Source of the DNA: Candidatus Latescibacterota bacterium
GTDB taxonomy: Bacteria > Latescibacterota > UBA2968 > UBA8231
Direction: 5' to 3'
Assembly: GCA_965217585.1 (NCBI GenBank)
Contig: OZ244561.1
Coordinates: forward strand, 3,904,001 to 3,968,000
Length of the DNA stretch: 64,000 bases
In this document: piece after piece, positions 21,359 through 31,499 of the stretch
Position numbering within the stretch: the first letter of the stretch is position 1
Layout of the letters: each line of letters opens with the position of its first letter
The notes under the pieces: model-generated
What the model was told of the DNA's origin: nothing
Databases searched by the model: none
Seen by the model: only the letters and a program-made list of their open reading frames with translations
Program-made: the position numbers and the translations under genes

Positions 21359-24300
21359 CGTCTCCGCCCCAAGCGTGAGAGCGGATCGGCAATGGGGCCA
21401 ATGTAGTTAAATGCAATGCCAAAGTTTCGCAGTTCGCGACCATGGGCGAAATCGTCGTTTGGGAAATCGCGCGCTAGCACCCTGATTGGCCTTTCGATAC
21501 CCTCTACTCGAATCCAGTCAGTTTCACCCCTTTTCTCGACGCGTCCCCGGAATTGACGCGTGGAACCGCTCTCATCCTTCGCCACGAGCCACCGTACCAC
21601 CCGTGATCGATCCTCATATTCGGTGTCGTGTGACAGCGACCGCCAGAGTTCGATGGCACGGTTCGTGTCTTTGAGTAGCCAGCACAGCACCGCTTCAAGG
21701 AACCGTTCCCGGTTGCGTGCGTCATCACCGGCCTGCTCATTGAGGGCACTCACGATCGCACGAAGCTCCAAAATTTGGCCGGTGTCCACAGGTGTGCGGC
21801 CATGCTGATTGAACATCAGGCGATCTCCTGTCGCTTGCGTCCAGCGCAATCTGAGCAAAAGCCGTTGGCAGCGGTCGTCCAGTGCTATTCCTGTATTGAC
21901 CCGATTAGATATGTAGTCCGCCGCTTCCGCTGCGATTCTGCGAGTCTTGTCGTCGAAGGGCGGCTCGCTCATATAGACATGCTCCGCTCGACGCTTTGCG
22001 ATAAGGAAGGTTGCTGCCGCAGGAGCGACGCTTTCCAACTTGGCAAGCGTCTCGTCACTCAGCTTCGCATCGCCCATAACGTATGCGGCGCGGCTTCGAC
22101 TCTCAAGATATCTCGTTTTTTGATCTATGGAGACCAAATCTTCGTCCAGATCACTGTCTTTGTGCAAATAGCTCGACGTCTCGGTACTCTGTTCCTTCAC
22201 CCTAAAAATATCATCTGCAACGTCGACAGTTGCGTATAGGTCGGCTAATAGTTCCGCACATTGCACATCTGACAGTTCGTCCTTTTTTGAGTTGAGAACA
22301 TCGCGTCCCGTCCATAGGGCGATATCAATTGGGTAGTAGTCTCTGCCAAGCCCAATGGCTTTCTCACTTGCCACCCTGGCGGCGAGATAATCTGACCAAA
22401 AGGCTTCTCCTGTGCCGACCCGCGCGCGCTCGACGGCAAGATATCCGTATATCGCCGCACGTTCCGCAACAAGGCTTTGTTTTGTCTTTCTGGATACTGG
22501 AATTTTCTCGTCGTCAATTTGATGTAGTGTTTTTTCGACCGTATCGCGAGCCTCATCCAGGATTGCAAATCTTTCGTCGTCGGTCCTATTTGTATCACAA
22601 TCACTTTGCAACTGGAAGACTGCCCGTCGACGAAACACACACTCGCGCAAAACGAGGTCTGGGTCGGACATTCTATTGTGCTCCCGTAACTCTTTTAGTG
22701 TGTCGGCAAACCGCAGATAACCAGAGCGGTACGCCTCTTTACGCGGCCCGTTCCGATCAATTTTGAACAGCAGGTCAAGCAGGAACGAACGTTCGGCGCT
22801 TTTATCTACTCCAGGTCTGACACAGCTAATAAGATCGAGGAGTCGCTCGATTTCCTGACCTGGAGTAAGCCTTCCTCTGCATATGAGCTCTGCCTCAAGC
22901 TGTATGCGTGGCGAAATCAGGAAATCCGATCCTTCTTCATCCTCTCGCCAGCGGAACAGATCAAGATCGGCAAGGAGATAGGTGATTTGATCCAAATGCA
23001 GTCCACCTGTCTGGCCAAGCACTCGAAAAAGAAGATTAACGGGCACTGCACAATTCAGTCGGCCGGCCACCATGACGTAGTCAATTAGCCGGCCCGACTC
23101 ATCCAAGCCCAAAGCCGCGAGTTTTTCATCCTCCTCGAATATCTGCGAGGAGGGACTGGCAATGCCTAAATCAATTAACTGCTCCGCTAGGGGAGAGATC
23201 CCAGTAGATGGTTGCGGTACATCCCGTGCCCGATCCCGCACCACACCTTCGGTAGCTCTCGCTTCCGATGACACGCCTGTGGCAAGGCGCTCGCGTGAGG
23301 CAGGCAAACTGCGGTACAGCATGGCGAAGATCGAGTCAGTATTAGGCAGGCTATAGTGTAGCTGGAGACGGAATTCGTTCTGTAGCTCCTTGAACGCAGA
23401 CAACTCTGCCGGCGAAACGTGGTCAGGGGCCTCGACGAACCGATCCGACTTGCGAGCAGTACGGCTCTCCATTCGATAGCAAGTGCCGACTATGAGCAAG
23501 TGCCGACCCCGACTTCGCAACGCGGAGGCTACATCGTCGTAGCGGGGCGGGGCCTGGCTGGAGTCACAGATTAAGACTGTTGCCATCGCCCCCAAACGCT
23601 CAGACTCTAGACAGAACGCTTCGATGTCTGCATGATTTGGTATTCGGTTTGTTGCAACGACAACAGGCAAACGCAATTCACGACGTATCTTTCGAGTTAA
23701 CCGTGCAAGTGCAATGCTTTTTCCGGTGCCCGACTGCCCATGTAGGATAACCACATCGTCGGAGTCGGCTTGCCCAAGCCGTTTTAGTTTGTTTTTTACC
23801 GTCTTCCAAAGGGTCTGCTCGAATTCGCGTTCCACTGCAAATCCGCGTGCCACACCCTCTATCAGCAATCTGAAGTTACCAAGCGTACCGTGGAATCGGC
23901 GGAATGCATCGTCTAATTCGGATTCGCCTAATGACTCGGGATCTTCTGTCCATCCATCGTCAACAATAGCCGCAGACGCCTCCACTCGCAGACGCAGGGC
24001 CGGAGTGATGTCCAGTGCCCTTTCCCCGGAGATCGACACCATGCCCGGCTCGTCCGGGGCAGCGGACCCTGAAACATCAAGCACACCGCGGAGTTCAAGT
24101 TGGCTTATTGCGCTTGCAAGGGTCGTTGTGGTTTCAATGAGTGCGCCTTGCTCAATCATCTCGTCGGCGAAGATCGAGTCCGGCTTGCCCGAGGAGCCAA
24201 ACCATAAAACCTTGGGGCCGAATTGGCCGGATAGAGGTGCCAATAGCGAGTCTATCGGCATCCAATCCTTGCTTGAATCGTAGCCTGCTATGACCACCAA

Positions 24301-24849
24301 GCCGCGCACTGTCGCGGTTTCCGCGATGCGGTTTAGCAATTCCGTCGCGTGCCCGCTGAGGCGGCGCTGCAGATCGCTTTGCTTTCTAGGTGCTCGTGCC
24401 TCCTCGACGGTTTCATTGGACTTTCCAAGGAGATAGTGAATCGGCGGTCTTGATCGGCTACGCGGCACTCTCGCATAGGTATCTCTGGAAAGCACCGACT
24501 CGGGCTGTCGCCCTCTGGTCTCGAAACGCCGCGCAAACTGGGGATCTATGGACGAGGTGAACACCGCACTCCAAGCGACATCAAAGATGAGAGCAACGGC
24601 ATCAGAGGGCACACTTCGTTCAAACCGCTCGGAAAGCCAATCCATGTCGACCGCACTCATGCCCTGCTTGAGCGCGGCGCACCATCCCGAATTGCAATCT
24701 GTGCATCCAGAGCGATCGAGGAGAGCACCAAGTATGGCATCATGGGCCGAGTCGAGACTCTGGCCTGCTAATAGCACCAGCGGCCGCTTCTCCTTATTCT
24801 GAAGTGCGTCGCTAAGTATTTCAATAGGATCAGTCGATGAGCTTAGCAT
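21355..24849 (-). CDS. STAND-like P-loop NTPase: degenerate SIR2-like N-terminus, helical repeats, C-terminal OB fold (SAMD9/Avs-like); putative defence protein
   Basis: LVLLAGQ..WSAVFTSSID..IHYLLG..VVIAGYD; Walker A GQSGTGKS; Walker B VLICD; C-terminal FRGRV..WIRV..FGIAFNYIGPIA. Confidence 0.75.
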   Translation of the reverse strand: MLSSSTDPIEILSDALQNKEKRPLVLLAGQSLDSAHDAILGALLDRSGCTDCNSGWCAALKQGMSAVDMDWLSERFERSVPSDAVALIFDVAWSAVFTSSIDPQFARRFETRGRQPESVLSRDTYARVPRSRSRPPIHYLLGKSNETVEEARAPRKQSDLQRRLSGHATELLNRIAETATVRGLVVIAGYDSSKDWMPIDSLLAPLSGQFGPKVLWFGSSGKPDSIFADEMIEQGALIETTTTLASAISQLELRGVLDVSGSAAPDEPGMVSISGERALDITPALRLRVEASAAIVDDGWTEDPESLGESELDDAFRRFHGTLGNFRLLIEGVARGFAVEREFEQTLWKTVKNKLKRLGQADSDDVVILHGQSGTGKSIALARLTRKIRRELRLPVVVATNRIPNHADIEAFCLESERLGAMATVLICDSSQAPPRYDDVASALRSRGRHLLIVGTCYRMESRTARKSDRFVEAPDHVSPAELSAFKELQNEFRLQLHYSLPNTDSIFAMLYRSLPASRERLATGVSSEARATEGVVRDRARDVPQPSTGISPLAEQLIDLGIASPSSQIFEEDEKLAALGLDESGRLIDYVMVAGRLNCAVPVNLLFRVLGQTGGLHLDQITYLLADLDLFRWREDEEGSDFLISPRIQLEAELICRGRLTPGQEIERLLDLISCVRPGVDKSAERSFLLDLLFKIDRNGPRKEAYRSGYLRFADTLKELREHNRMSDPDLVLRECVFRRRAVFQLQSDCDTNRTDDERFAILDEARDTVEKTLHQIDDEKIPVSRKTKQSLVAERAAIYGYLAVERARVGTGEAFWSDYLAARVASEKAIGLGRDYYPIDIALWTGRDVLNSKKDELSDVQCAELLADLYATVDVADDIFRVKEQSTETSSYLHKDSDLDEDLVSIDQKTRYLESRSRAAYVMGDAKLSDETLAKLESVAPAAATFLIAKRRAEHVYMSEPPFDDKTRRIAAEAADYISNRVNTGIALDDRCQRLLLRLRWTQATGDRLMFNQHGRTPVDTGQILELRAIVSALNEQAGDDARNRERFLEAVLCWLLKDTNRAIELWRSLSHDTEYEDRSRVVRWLVAKDESGSTRQFRGRVEKRGETDWIRVEGIERPIRVLARDFPNDDFAHGRELRNFGIAFNYIGPIADPLSRLGRRR

Positions 24850-24965
24850 GGTCTATTATCATTCATTACGTAGTGGGTCTTGACGATGCGGAAAAACCGC
24901 ATCAGGCGAATACCCCATGCGCTCGAATATGGGGAAAATCTACCCTGCTCTTGTTAATAAGGTAC

Positions 24966-24995
24966 ACTCTGCGAAAACTCTGCGAAAACTCCGCG
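24966..24995 (+). repeat. Short tandem repeat ACTCTGCGAAA x2 plus ACTCCGCG
   Basis: Direct inspection; lies at right edge of the low-GC cassette. Confidence 0.7.
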
Positions 24996-25033
24996 CTATC
25001 CGCGTTTTGCCGCAATTCCTATCTTAATTTTCT

Positions 25034-26032
25034 ATGCCCCAGCTCGCGCACCCATACCTATTGTTCCTCGGCGACGCCTCCGACCAGCTAGCCGCCAAAA
25101 CAGCCGTTGGCGTCGCCCACTGGCGGCCCGAACAGTGCATTGGTCAGCTCCGCCTTCCCGACTGCCACGCCGACCTCGGACTGCCCGACCAAACCCTCGC
25201 CGAAGCCCGCGCCGCCGGTGCCCGCACCCTCATCATCGGCGTCGCCAATCGCGGCGGCACCATCTCCGATCTTTGGCGCGAGACCTTCCTGCAGGCCATC
25301 GACCTCGGCTACGACCTCGCTAGTGGCCTGCACACGCGCCTTGGCACCATCCCCGGCTTGGCCGACCGCGCCCGCGCAAAGGGCAAACGCCTCGTGGATG
25401 CGCGCTTTCCCGACCGCGCTTTTCCCATTGCAACCGGCGTCAAACGCCCGGGCAAACGCCTGCTCACCGTCGGTACCGATTGCTCGGTCGGCAAGATGTT
25501 CACCGCGCTGGCCATTGAGCGCGAGATGCAGGCGCGAGGCATGGCCTGCACCTTCCGCGCCACTGGCCAAACCGGCATCTTCATCGCCGGGACGGGCGTT
25601 TCCGTTGACGCCGTGGTTTCCGACTTCCTCGCTGGGGCCGTCGAGGTCCTGATCCCGGCCAACCACCCCGAGCACTGGGACCTAATCGAAGGCCAAGGTT
25701 CGCTGTTCCACGCCTCCTATGCCGGCGTATCGCTGGGCCTCATGCACGGTGCCCAGCCCGACGCGCTCGTCCTCTGCCACGATCCCAATCGCCCTCATAT
25801 GCGCGGCCTACCCGAATACCGGCTGCCCGATCTGCTCGACTGCATTCGCCTCAACGAGCAGTGCGGCCGGCTCACCAACCCGGCCTGCCGCACCGTTGGC
25901 ATTGCGGTCAACACTTCGCACCTGCCGGAAAACCGCGCCTCCGAACTGCTCAGTACTATAGAACGCCAAGCCGGCCTGCCCGCAGTCGATCCTCTGCGCC
26001 AAGGAGCCGCGCGCTTGGTCGATGCCCTGTGA
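25034..26032 (+). CDS. dgcN: DUF1611-family D-glutamate N-acetyltransferase DgcN
   Basis: PYLLFLGD..AAKTA, ASGLH, VGTDCSVGKM, ATGQTG, EGQGSLFH, HGAQPD. Confidence 0.88.
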   Translation: MPQLAHPYLLFLGDASDQLAAKTAVGVAHWRPEQCIGQLRLPDCHADLGLPDQTLAEARAAGARTLIIGVANRGGTISDLWRETFLQAIDLGYDLASGLHTRLGTIPGLADRARAKGKRLVDARFPDRAFPIATGVKRPGKRLLTVGTDCSVGKMFTALAIEREMQARGMACTFRATGQTGIFIAGTGVSVDAVVSDFLAGAVEVLIPANHPEHWDLIEGQGSLFHASYAGVSLGLMHGAQPDALVLCHDPNRPHMRGLPEYRLPDLLDCIRLNEQCGRLTNPACRTVGIAVNTSHLPENRASELLSTIERQAGLPAVDPLRQGAARLVDAL

Positions 26033-27009
26033 CTGGATTCTCCATTCGCGGTAAGAGCTTTCCACTCGCCCAGACCTTCACCATTTCGCGCGGTGCCAAG
26101 ACCACCGCCGACGTCGTTGTCGTCGAACTGAGCCGCGATGGCTGTATTGGCCGCGGCGAGTGCGTCCCTTATCCCCGCTACAACGAAAGCATGGCCGGGA
26201 CCATAGGCGCGCTAGAATCGCTGCGCCCACAGGTCGAAGCCGACCTCGACCGGGCGGCATTGCAACGCGCTCTGCCGCCCGGCGCCGCCCGCAACGCCTT
26301 GGACTGCGCCCTCTGGGATCTGGAAGCCAAACTCAGCGACCGCCCGGTCTATGAGCTGGCCGGCCTAGCGGCACCGCGCCCAGTGGCGACGGCCTACACC
26401 CTCTCGCTCGACGACCCAGAGGCCATGGGTCGGGCCGCTGCCCTGCACGCCGACCGCCCTCTGCTCAAGATTAAACTCGCCGGGCGCGACGACCTCGACC
26501 GCGTCGCCGCGATCCGCGCCAACGCCCCAGACTCGACCCTGATCGTCGATGCCAACGAAGGCTGGTCTCCCGCCCAAGTCGAACCGCTCTCAGTCGCATT
26601 GGCTCGCTTGGGCGTCGCACTCATCGAACAGCCTTTACCCGCCACCCAAGACGCCTTGCTCGCCGAACTCGAACACCCGGTCCCCTTCTGCGCCGACGAA
26701 TCCTGCCACACTGCCGCCGATCTCGCGGAACTGGCCTCCCGCTACGAATGCGTCAACCTCAAGCTCGACAAGACCGGCGGCTTCAGCGAGGGCCTGCGCT
26801 TGGCAGCCGAGGCGCGCACGTGCGGATTGGACTTGATGGTCGGCTGCATGATCGCCACCTCGCTGGCCATGGCACCGGCTGTCCTGCTGGCGCAACAAGC
26901 CCGCTTCGTCGATCTCGACGGTCCCTTGCTCCTGCAAAAAGATCGGGAGCACGGGCTGCGCTACGAAGGCAGCCTCCTCCATCCGCCCCACTCTCAACTC
27001 TGGGGATAG
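26029..27009 (+). CDS. dgcA: N-acetyl-D-Glu racemase DgcA / L-Ala-D/L-Glu epimerase
   Basis: FTISRGAKT, GECVPYPRY, ARNALDCALWD, KIKL, DANE, EQP, ADES, KLDKTGG, DLDG; GTG overlaps dgcN stop. Confidence 0.88.
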   Translation: MTGFSIRGKSFPLAQTFTISRGAKTTADVVVVELSRDGCIGRGECVPYPRYNESMAGTIGALESLRPQVEADLDRAALQRALPPGAARNALDCALWDLEAKLSDRPVYELAGLAAPRPVATAYTLSLDDPEAMGRAAALHADRPLLKIKLAGRDDLDRVAAIRANAPDSTLIVDANEGWSPAQVEPLSVALARLGVALIEQPLPATQDALLAELEHPVPFCADESCHTAADLAELASRYECVNLKLDKTGGFSEGLRLAAEARTCGLDLMVGCMIATSLAMAPAVLLAQQARFVDLDGPLLLQKDREHGLRYEGSLLHPPHSQLWG

Positions 27010-27105
27010 GCGACTCGCGCGTCAGCAAACCCTGCAGGGGTTGTTTGCTGGACGCAGGTAGCGATTGAGTGTATTCTTCCAAAACGAACCGCAGATTTCA
27101 ATCTA

Positions 27106-28074
27106 ATGAGCAACGCATTCCTATTATTTGCCCAAGGACTGGACGAGGCCGCGCTGCAACGCGCCGTACCGCCGTCCATCCGGCCAAAGCAGATCGAGTC
27201 GTTGGCATGGCACGGCGACGCGCGCTCGGTAGGCTTGTCACCTGCAGTGCTAGAAGGCGCGCTAGAAATCCTGCCGTGCCTCTCGGTCGTCCACGACGGC
27301 GCGTGGGGCTATCAGTTCGCAATGGAATGCGAAACCAAAACTGGCAATAGCAGCCGAGCTGTCCTCGACCCGGTCGGCTCGTTTATCGGGGCTGAAGCGG
27401 GCGCGACAAACGAGGCGGTGGAAGCGGATATCGACCTCCTGCGCATCCGCACCCCCTTGCAAGCGGCCACCCTACACCTGCGCGTCCAAGGCATCGCTCC
27501 CGAGGCCCCGGCCTTGCTCTCGGTCTCGGTGCGCCGCAAGGGCGCCGTGCCCGCTCCGACCCTCGCCAGCCGAGATACGGCTCTCGCGGTGCCGCCGCAA
27601 AGCCAGATGACTCTGCGGCCCGAGCTAGCTTCCCGCGTCTGCTCGCCGACCAGCGTCGCCATGCTCCTCGCCTATTACGGCCATAGCGCGGACATCTACG
27701 ACGTGATCTCAGAAGCGCGCCACCAGCCCAGCGGACTATACGGCGTGTGGCCGGCCAATATCCATGCCGCTGCTCGCCGGGGCCTCTTGGGCTATCTATT
27801 GCACTTTCCCTCTTGGGAGGCAGTGCGCACGCTGCTCGACGCGGGCTTTCCCATTATTGCCTCCGTGCGCTACGAGGTGGGCGAGTTGAGCCGGGCGGCC
27901 ATTGAGCGGACGGCTGGGCATTTGCTGGTCGTGCGGGGTTGCGCCGGGGATACCGTGCTGGTCAACGACCCGGCCGCGGCCACCGAGGTCGCACGGGCGT
28001 ACGACCTAGCGGAATTCTGCAAAATCTGGTTGGAGCGCAGCGCCGTGGGCTACGTGCTCTTTCCGCCGTTGTAA
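27106..28074 (+). CDS. C39-like (C39_2) cysteine peptidase family protein
   Basis: VP..SQ, CSPTSVAM, YGVWP.N, GHLLVVRG, VNDP. Confidence 0.8.
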   Translation: MSNAFLLFAQGLDEAALQRAVPPSIRPKQIESLAWHGDARSVGLSPAVLEGALEILPCLSVVHDGAWGYQFAMECETKTGNSSRAVLDPVGSFIGAEAGATNEAVEADIDLLRIRTPLQAATLHLRVQGIAPEAPALLSVSVRRKGAVPAPTLASRDTALAVPPQSQMTLRPELASRVCSPTSVAMLLAYYGHSADIYDVISEARHQPSGLYGVWPANIHAAARRGLLGYLLHFPSWEAVRTLLDAGFPIIASVRYEVGELSRAAIERTAGHLLVVRGCAGDTVLVNDPAAATEVARAYDLAEFCKIWLERSAVGYVLFPPL

Positions 28075-28081
28075 ATGTATT

Positions 28082-28939
28082 ATGGACAAAGCGAACTTCA
28101 CTAGCATCGTCTTCGGCGAGATCCTCTACGACTGCTTCCCCGACCGCACCTGCTTGGGGGGTGCCTCCCTAAACTTCGCTTGGAACCTGCGCCAACTCGG
28201 CTTTCCCGTGGCCATGGTCAGCGCCGTGGGGCGGGACGAACTGGGACAGCAGGCGCGGGGCTTTCTCCGGCTCGCTGATATCGATCAGCAATGGGTCGCC
28301 GATCGGCCCGAGCCTACGGGCACGGTCGATGTATTGCTCGCGGATGGCCAGCCTTCCTACACCATCCGCGCCGGCGTGGCTTGGGACTATATCGAAACTA
28401 AGCCGACGTTGGACCGGCCCCCCGACTTGATCTACTATGGTACTGCCGCGCAGCGCAGCCCGGCCAATCGTCCGGGGCTAGAACACTTGCTGGCAGCCAA
28501 TCCCCGGCATCGGTTTTTCGATGTCAACCTGCGCGAGGAGTGCTATACGCCGCAAACCGTGCGCTTTGGCCTCGAAGCGGCGACCATTGTCAAACTCAAC
28601 GGCGAAGAATGGGAGGCCGTGCAGGACATCGCCGCGGTCGCCGCGCCTGCCGATTTGCTCGCCCGCTACGCGCTGGATAGCCTAGCGATTACTTTCGGTG
28701 GCGACGGCGCTCAACTCCATATTCCGGGGGCCTCATTCGCCGCACGGCCCGCGCCCGTGTCCGTCGTTGATGCGGTCGGGGCTGGCGACGCCTTCAGCGG
28801 GGTCCTGGCCGCCAGCGCCCTGCTCGGCACCGATTCGCAACAGGCCCTAGACTTAGCTTGCGCCGCCGGTGCCAGCGCAGTGCAGCACCGAGGGGCCCAT
28901 TGCCCGCTGCCCGAAGCCGTGAAGGCGGCGTTTGCTTAA
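28082..28939 (+). CDS. PfkB-family carbohydrate kinase (fructokinase-like)
   Basis: FGEILYD, GGASLN, DVNLR, KLN.EE, VDAVGAGDAF. Confidence 0.9.
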   Translation: MDKANFTSIVFGEILYDCFPDRTCLGGASLNFAWNLRQLGFPVAMVSAVGRDELGQQARGFLRLADIDQQWVADRPEPTGTVDVLLADGQPSYTIRAGVAWDYIETKPTLDRPPDLIYYGTAAQRSPANRPGLEHLLAANPRHRFFDVNLREECYTPQTVRFGLEAATIVKLNGEEWEAVQDIAAVAAPADLLARYALDSLAITFGGDGAQLHIPGASFAARPAPVSVVDAVGAGDAFSGVLAASALLGTDSQQALDLACAAGASAVQHRGAHCPLPEAVKAAFA

Positions 28940-28965
28940 CCCTTATCAGCGAAAGGCTTTTCTCC

Positions 28966-29907
28966 ATGCAGACCCCTATCCCCCTGTGCGACCCCCACTT
29001 CCACCTCTGGGATCTAGCCGAGCGGGCCAACCCCAACCTCGGTCCCGTCATGCCGGCGTACCGAGCCGCCGATTACTCCCAAGACATGAACGAGCTGCCC
29101 CCTCAATTGCGGCGGGTCAGCGGAGTCCACGTCGAAACCGTCGTCGGCCAAGTCGCTGGCGGCGTTCCCGTCGATACCGTAGAAGAAACCCGCTGGGTGC
29201 GCGACCAACTCGAACCAACCAAACAGCCCTTTAGCATCGTCGCGTACGTGCATCTGGAGCGCGACATCGCCGCGGCCGAGCGCACCATTGAACAGCACCT
29301 AGAAGCTGCTGGAGACCGTCTGCGCGGCGTGCGCATGATCCTCAATCACCATCCCGACAATCCCGATCTGACTTGGCCGCAGGTAGAGGACGGCGTGTTG
29401 CAGAGCGACCGCTTCCGCACCGGCTTGGCCCTCCTAGAACGCCACAACCTCGCCTTCGACCTCTCCTGCAACCCCCATCAAGTGGCCGATGCGGTCGCGG
29501 TTTTCCGCGATTTCCCCGGCCTCCGCGTCGTCGTCAACCACCTCGGCTTCCTCCACGACGGCGAGGACCAAGCGCACGAGGACCTCTGGCGCGAAGGCAT
29601 GGCCTCTTTGGCCGCATTGCCCAATGTCTATATGAAGCTGTCTATGGCGTGGTTTGCACGGGACGCCTTCCACGAGGATGCGGCCAAAGAAGCCAAAATC
29701 GCCGCGGTCGTCCAAGAGCTGATCGAACGCTTTGGCTGTAGCCGCTGCATGTTTGCCAGCAACTATCCCGTCGATAAACTGCGGGGCATTAGCATCGGCT
29801 ATCTCTACGCCAAGTTCCTCGAGTGGAGTGCCGGCTTTTCGGACGACGAGCGCCGGGCGCTTTTCCACGACACGGCTCTCAGCGCCTATGGGCCGCTTTC
29901 GCAATAG
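28966..29907 (+). CDS. Amidohydrolase family (sugar lactonase-like)
   Basis: DPHFHLWD, RGVR, VNHLG, YMKLS, RCMFASNYP. Confidence 0.85.
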   Translation: MQTPIPLCDPHFHLWDLAERANPNLGPVMPAYRAADYSQDMNELPPQLRRVSGVHVETVVGQVAGGVPVDTVEETRWVRDQLEPTKQPFSIVAYVHLERDIAAAERTIEQHLEAAGDRLRGVRMILNHHPDNPDLTWPQVEDGVLQSDRFRTGLALLERHNLAFDLSCNPHQVADAVAVFRDFPGLRVVVNHLGFLHDGEDQAHEDLWREGMASLAALPNVYMKLSMAWFARDAFHEDAAKEAKIAAVVQELIERFGCSRCMFASNYPVDKLRGISIGYLYAKFLEWSAGFSDDERRALFHDTALSAYGPLSQ

Positions 29908-29909
29908 CC

Positions 29910-30407
29910 ATGAGTGCAGAAAAATTCGACTATACCCAATGGTGTGACAGTACGGGCACGCCGCTGACGAAAATGCCCGACCGGCTCGGCGTGGCGGCCA
30001 ATGGCTTTATCCGCGACAAGACCGGCAAAATCCTGCTGCAACAGCGCGCGGACAACGGCTTTTGGGGCATGCCCGGCGGCCAAGTCGAACTCGGCGAATC
30101 CGTCGAGCAGAGCGCGGTGCGCGAAGTCTATGAGGAAACGGGCTTAGAGGTGGACATCGAGCGGCTGATTGGGATTTACTCCGGGCCGGAGAGCTACCCG
30201 TTTATGCGCTATCCCAACGGCACCGTCGTCCACTACGTCACCCACGTCTTTATCTGCGACCCCGTGACCAGCGCCTTGCGGATCTCCTCAGAGAGCACGG
30301 ACATCGGCTATTTTGCCGCCGATGCCCTGCCCGCACAGACCTTGCTCTCGCACCGCATCCGCATCGAGGACGCGCTGACCGGCCTAGTGTACCCATTTAT
30401 TCGCTGA
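29910..30407 (+). CDS. NUDIX hydrolase
   Basis: Nudix box [23 protein letters not shown]. Confidence 0.9.
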   Translation: MSAEKFDYTQWCDSTGTPLTKMPDRLGVAANGFIRDKTGKILLQQRADNGFWGMPGGQVELGESVEQSAVREVYEETGLEVDIERLIGIYSGPESYPFMRYPNGTVVHYVTHVFICDPVTSALRISSESTDIGYFAADALPAQTLLSHRIRIEDALTGLVYPFIR

Positions 30408-30490
30408 ACTATGTTGACCTCACCTCGCCTAACAGCAAATATTTCTTTTTTCTAAGTCCCAACATTCAACTCACCAAGAAGAGGAACGAC

Positions 30491-31468
30491 ATGATCAAGA
30501 TTGCCGAAGTCCTGCCCGATCATCCCACGCCGCTGTGGCGGATGGTCAAGCAATGCGGCGTTGACCACGTGGTCGGCGGCTTCTCCACATCCGGCAACCC
30601 CGCCGACATCCGCCCCGAGCAACGACCTTGGAGCTTCACCAACCTCGTGCGGATGAAGACCGCGTTTAACGACGGCGGCTTCTCCCTCGACGTCATTGAG
30701 GCCCGCCCGCCGCTCAACAAGGCCAAGCTCGGCCTGTCGGACCGCGACGAGGAGATCGAATACGCCTGCGAGCTGATTCGCAACATGGGCAGGGTCGGCA
30801 TTCCGGTCTGGTGCCCCGAGTGGATGCCCGTGATCAACTGGACTCGCACCTCAATGGCTGCGCCTGGGCGCGGCGGTGCCATGGTCACCGGCTTTGACAA
30901 CGAGCTAATGAAGAATGCGCCTCTGACCGACGCCGGCGTCGTCACCGAAGAGCAGCTTTGGGATAACCTGAAGTACTTCCTCGAAAAGGTCGTGCCGGTC
31001 GCCGAGGAAGCCGACGTCAAACTCGCCATGCACCCCGACGACCCGCCGCTGTCGCCCCTCCGAGGCATGGGGAGGATCATGCGCAGCGTCGAAAACTATC
31101 AGAAGCTCATCGACCTAGTGCCCAGCCCGGCCAATGGCATCTGCCTGTGCCAAGGCAACTTCACCCTGATGACCGACGATTTGCCCGAGGTCATCCGCCA
31201 CTTTGGCAACCGCATCTACTTCGTCCACTTCCGCGACGTGCGCGGCACGCCTGAAAAATTCGTCGAGACCTTCCACGACGAAGGCAAGACCGACATGCGC
31301 GCCTGCATGGAAGCCTACCGCGACATTGGTTTTGAAGGCGTCCTGCGCCCCGACCACGTGCCAACGATGGAGGGCGACCGAAACGACCAGCCGGGCTACT
31401 CGTCGATCGGGCGCTTGTTTGCCATCGGCTATATCAAAGGGCTGCGCGAGGCCGTGTACGCGAATTAA
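30491..31468 (+). CDS. uxuA: Mannonate dehydratase family protein
   Basis: [51 protein letters not shown]. Confidence 0.85.
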   Translation: MIKIAEVLPDHPTPLWRMVKQCGVDHVVGGFSTSGNPADIRPEQRPWSFTNLVRMKTAFNDGGFSLDVIEARPPLNKAKLGLSDRDEEIEYACELIRNMGRVGIPVWCPEWMPVINWTRTSMAAPGRGGAMVTGFDNELMKNAPLTDAGVVTEEQLWDNLKYFLEKVVPVAEEADVKLAMHPDDPPLSPLRGMGRIMRSVENYQKLIDLVPSPANGICLCQGNFTLMTDDLPEVIRHFGNRIYFVHFRDVRGTPEKFVETFHDEGKTDMRACMEAYRDIGFEGVLRPDHVPTMEGDRNDQPGYSSIGRLFAIGYIKGLREAVYAN

Positions 31469-31499
31469 AGCCTGCTGCTGGATCAGCGCGTTCAATGCG

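Noticed and set aside
21355-24849. Active SIR2 NADase (Thoeris/DSR-type) effector
   Set aside because: Catalytic Asn and His positions are substituted, so it is kept only as a degenerate SIR2 fold
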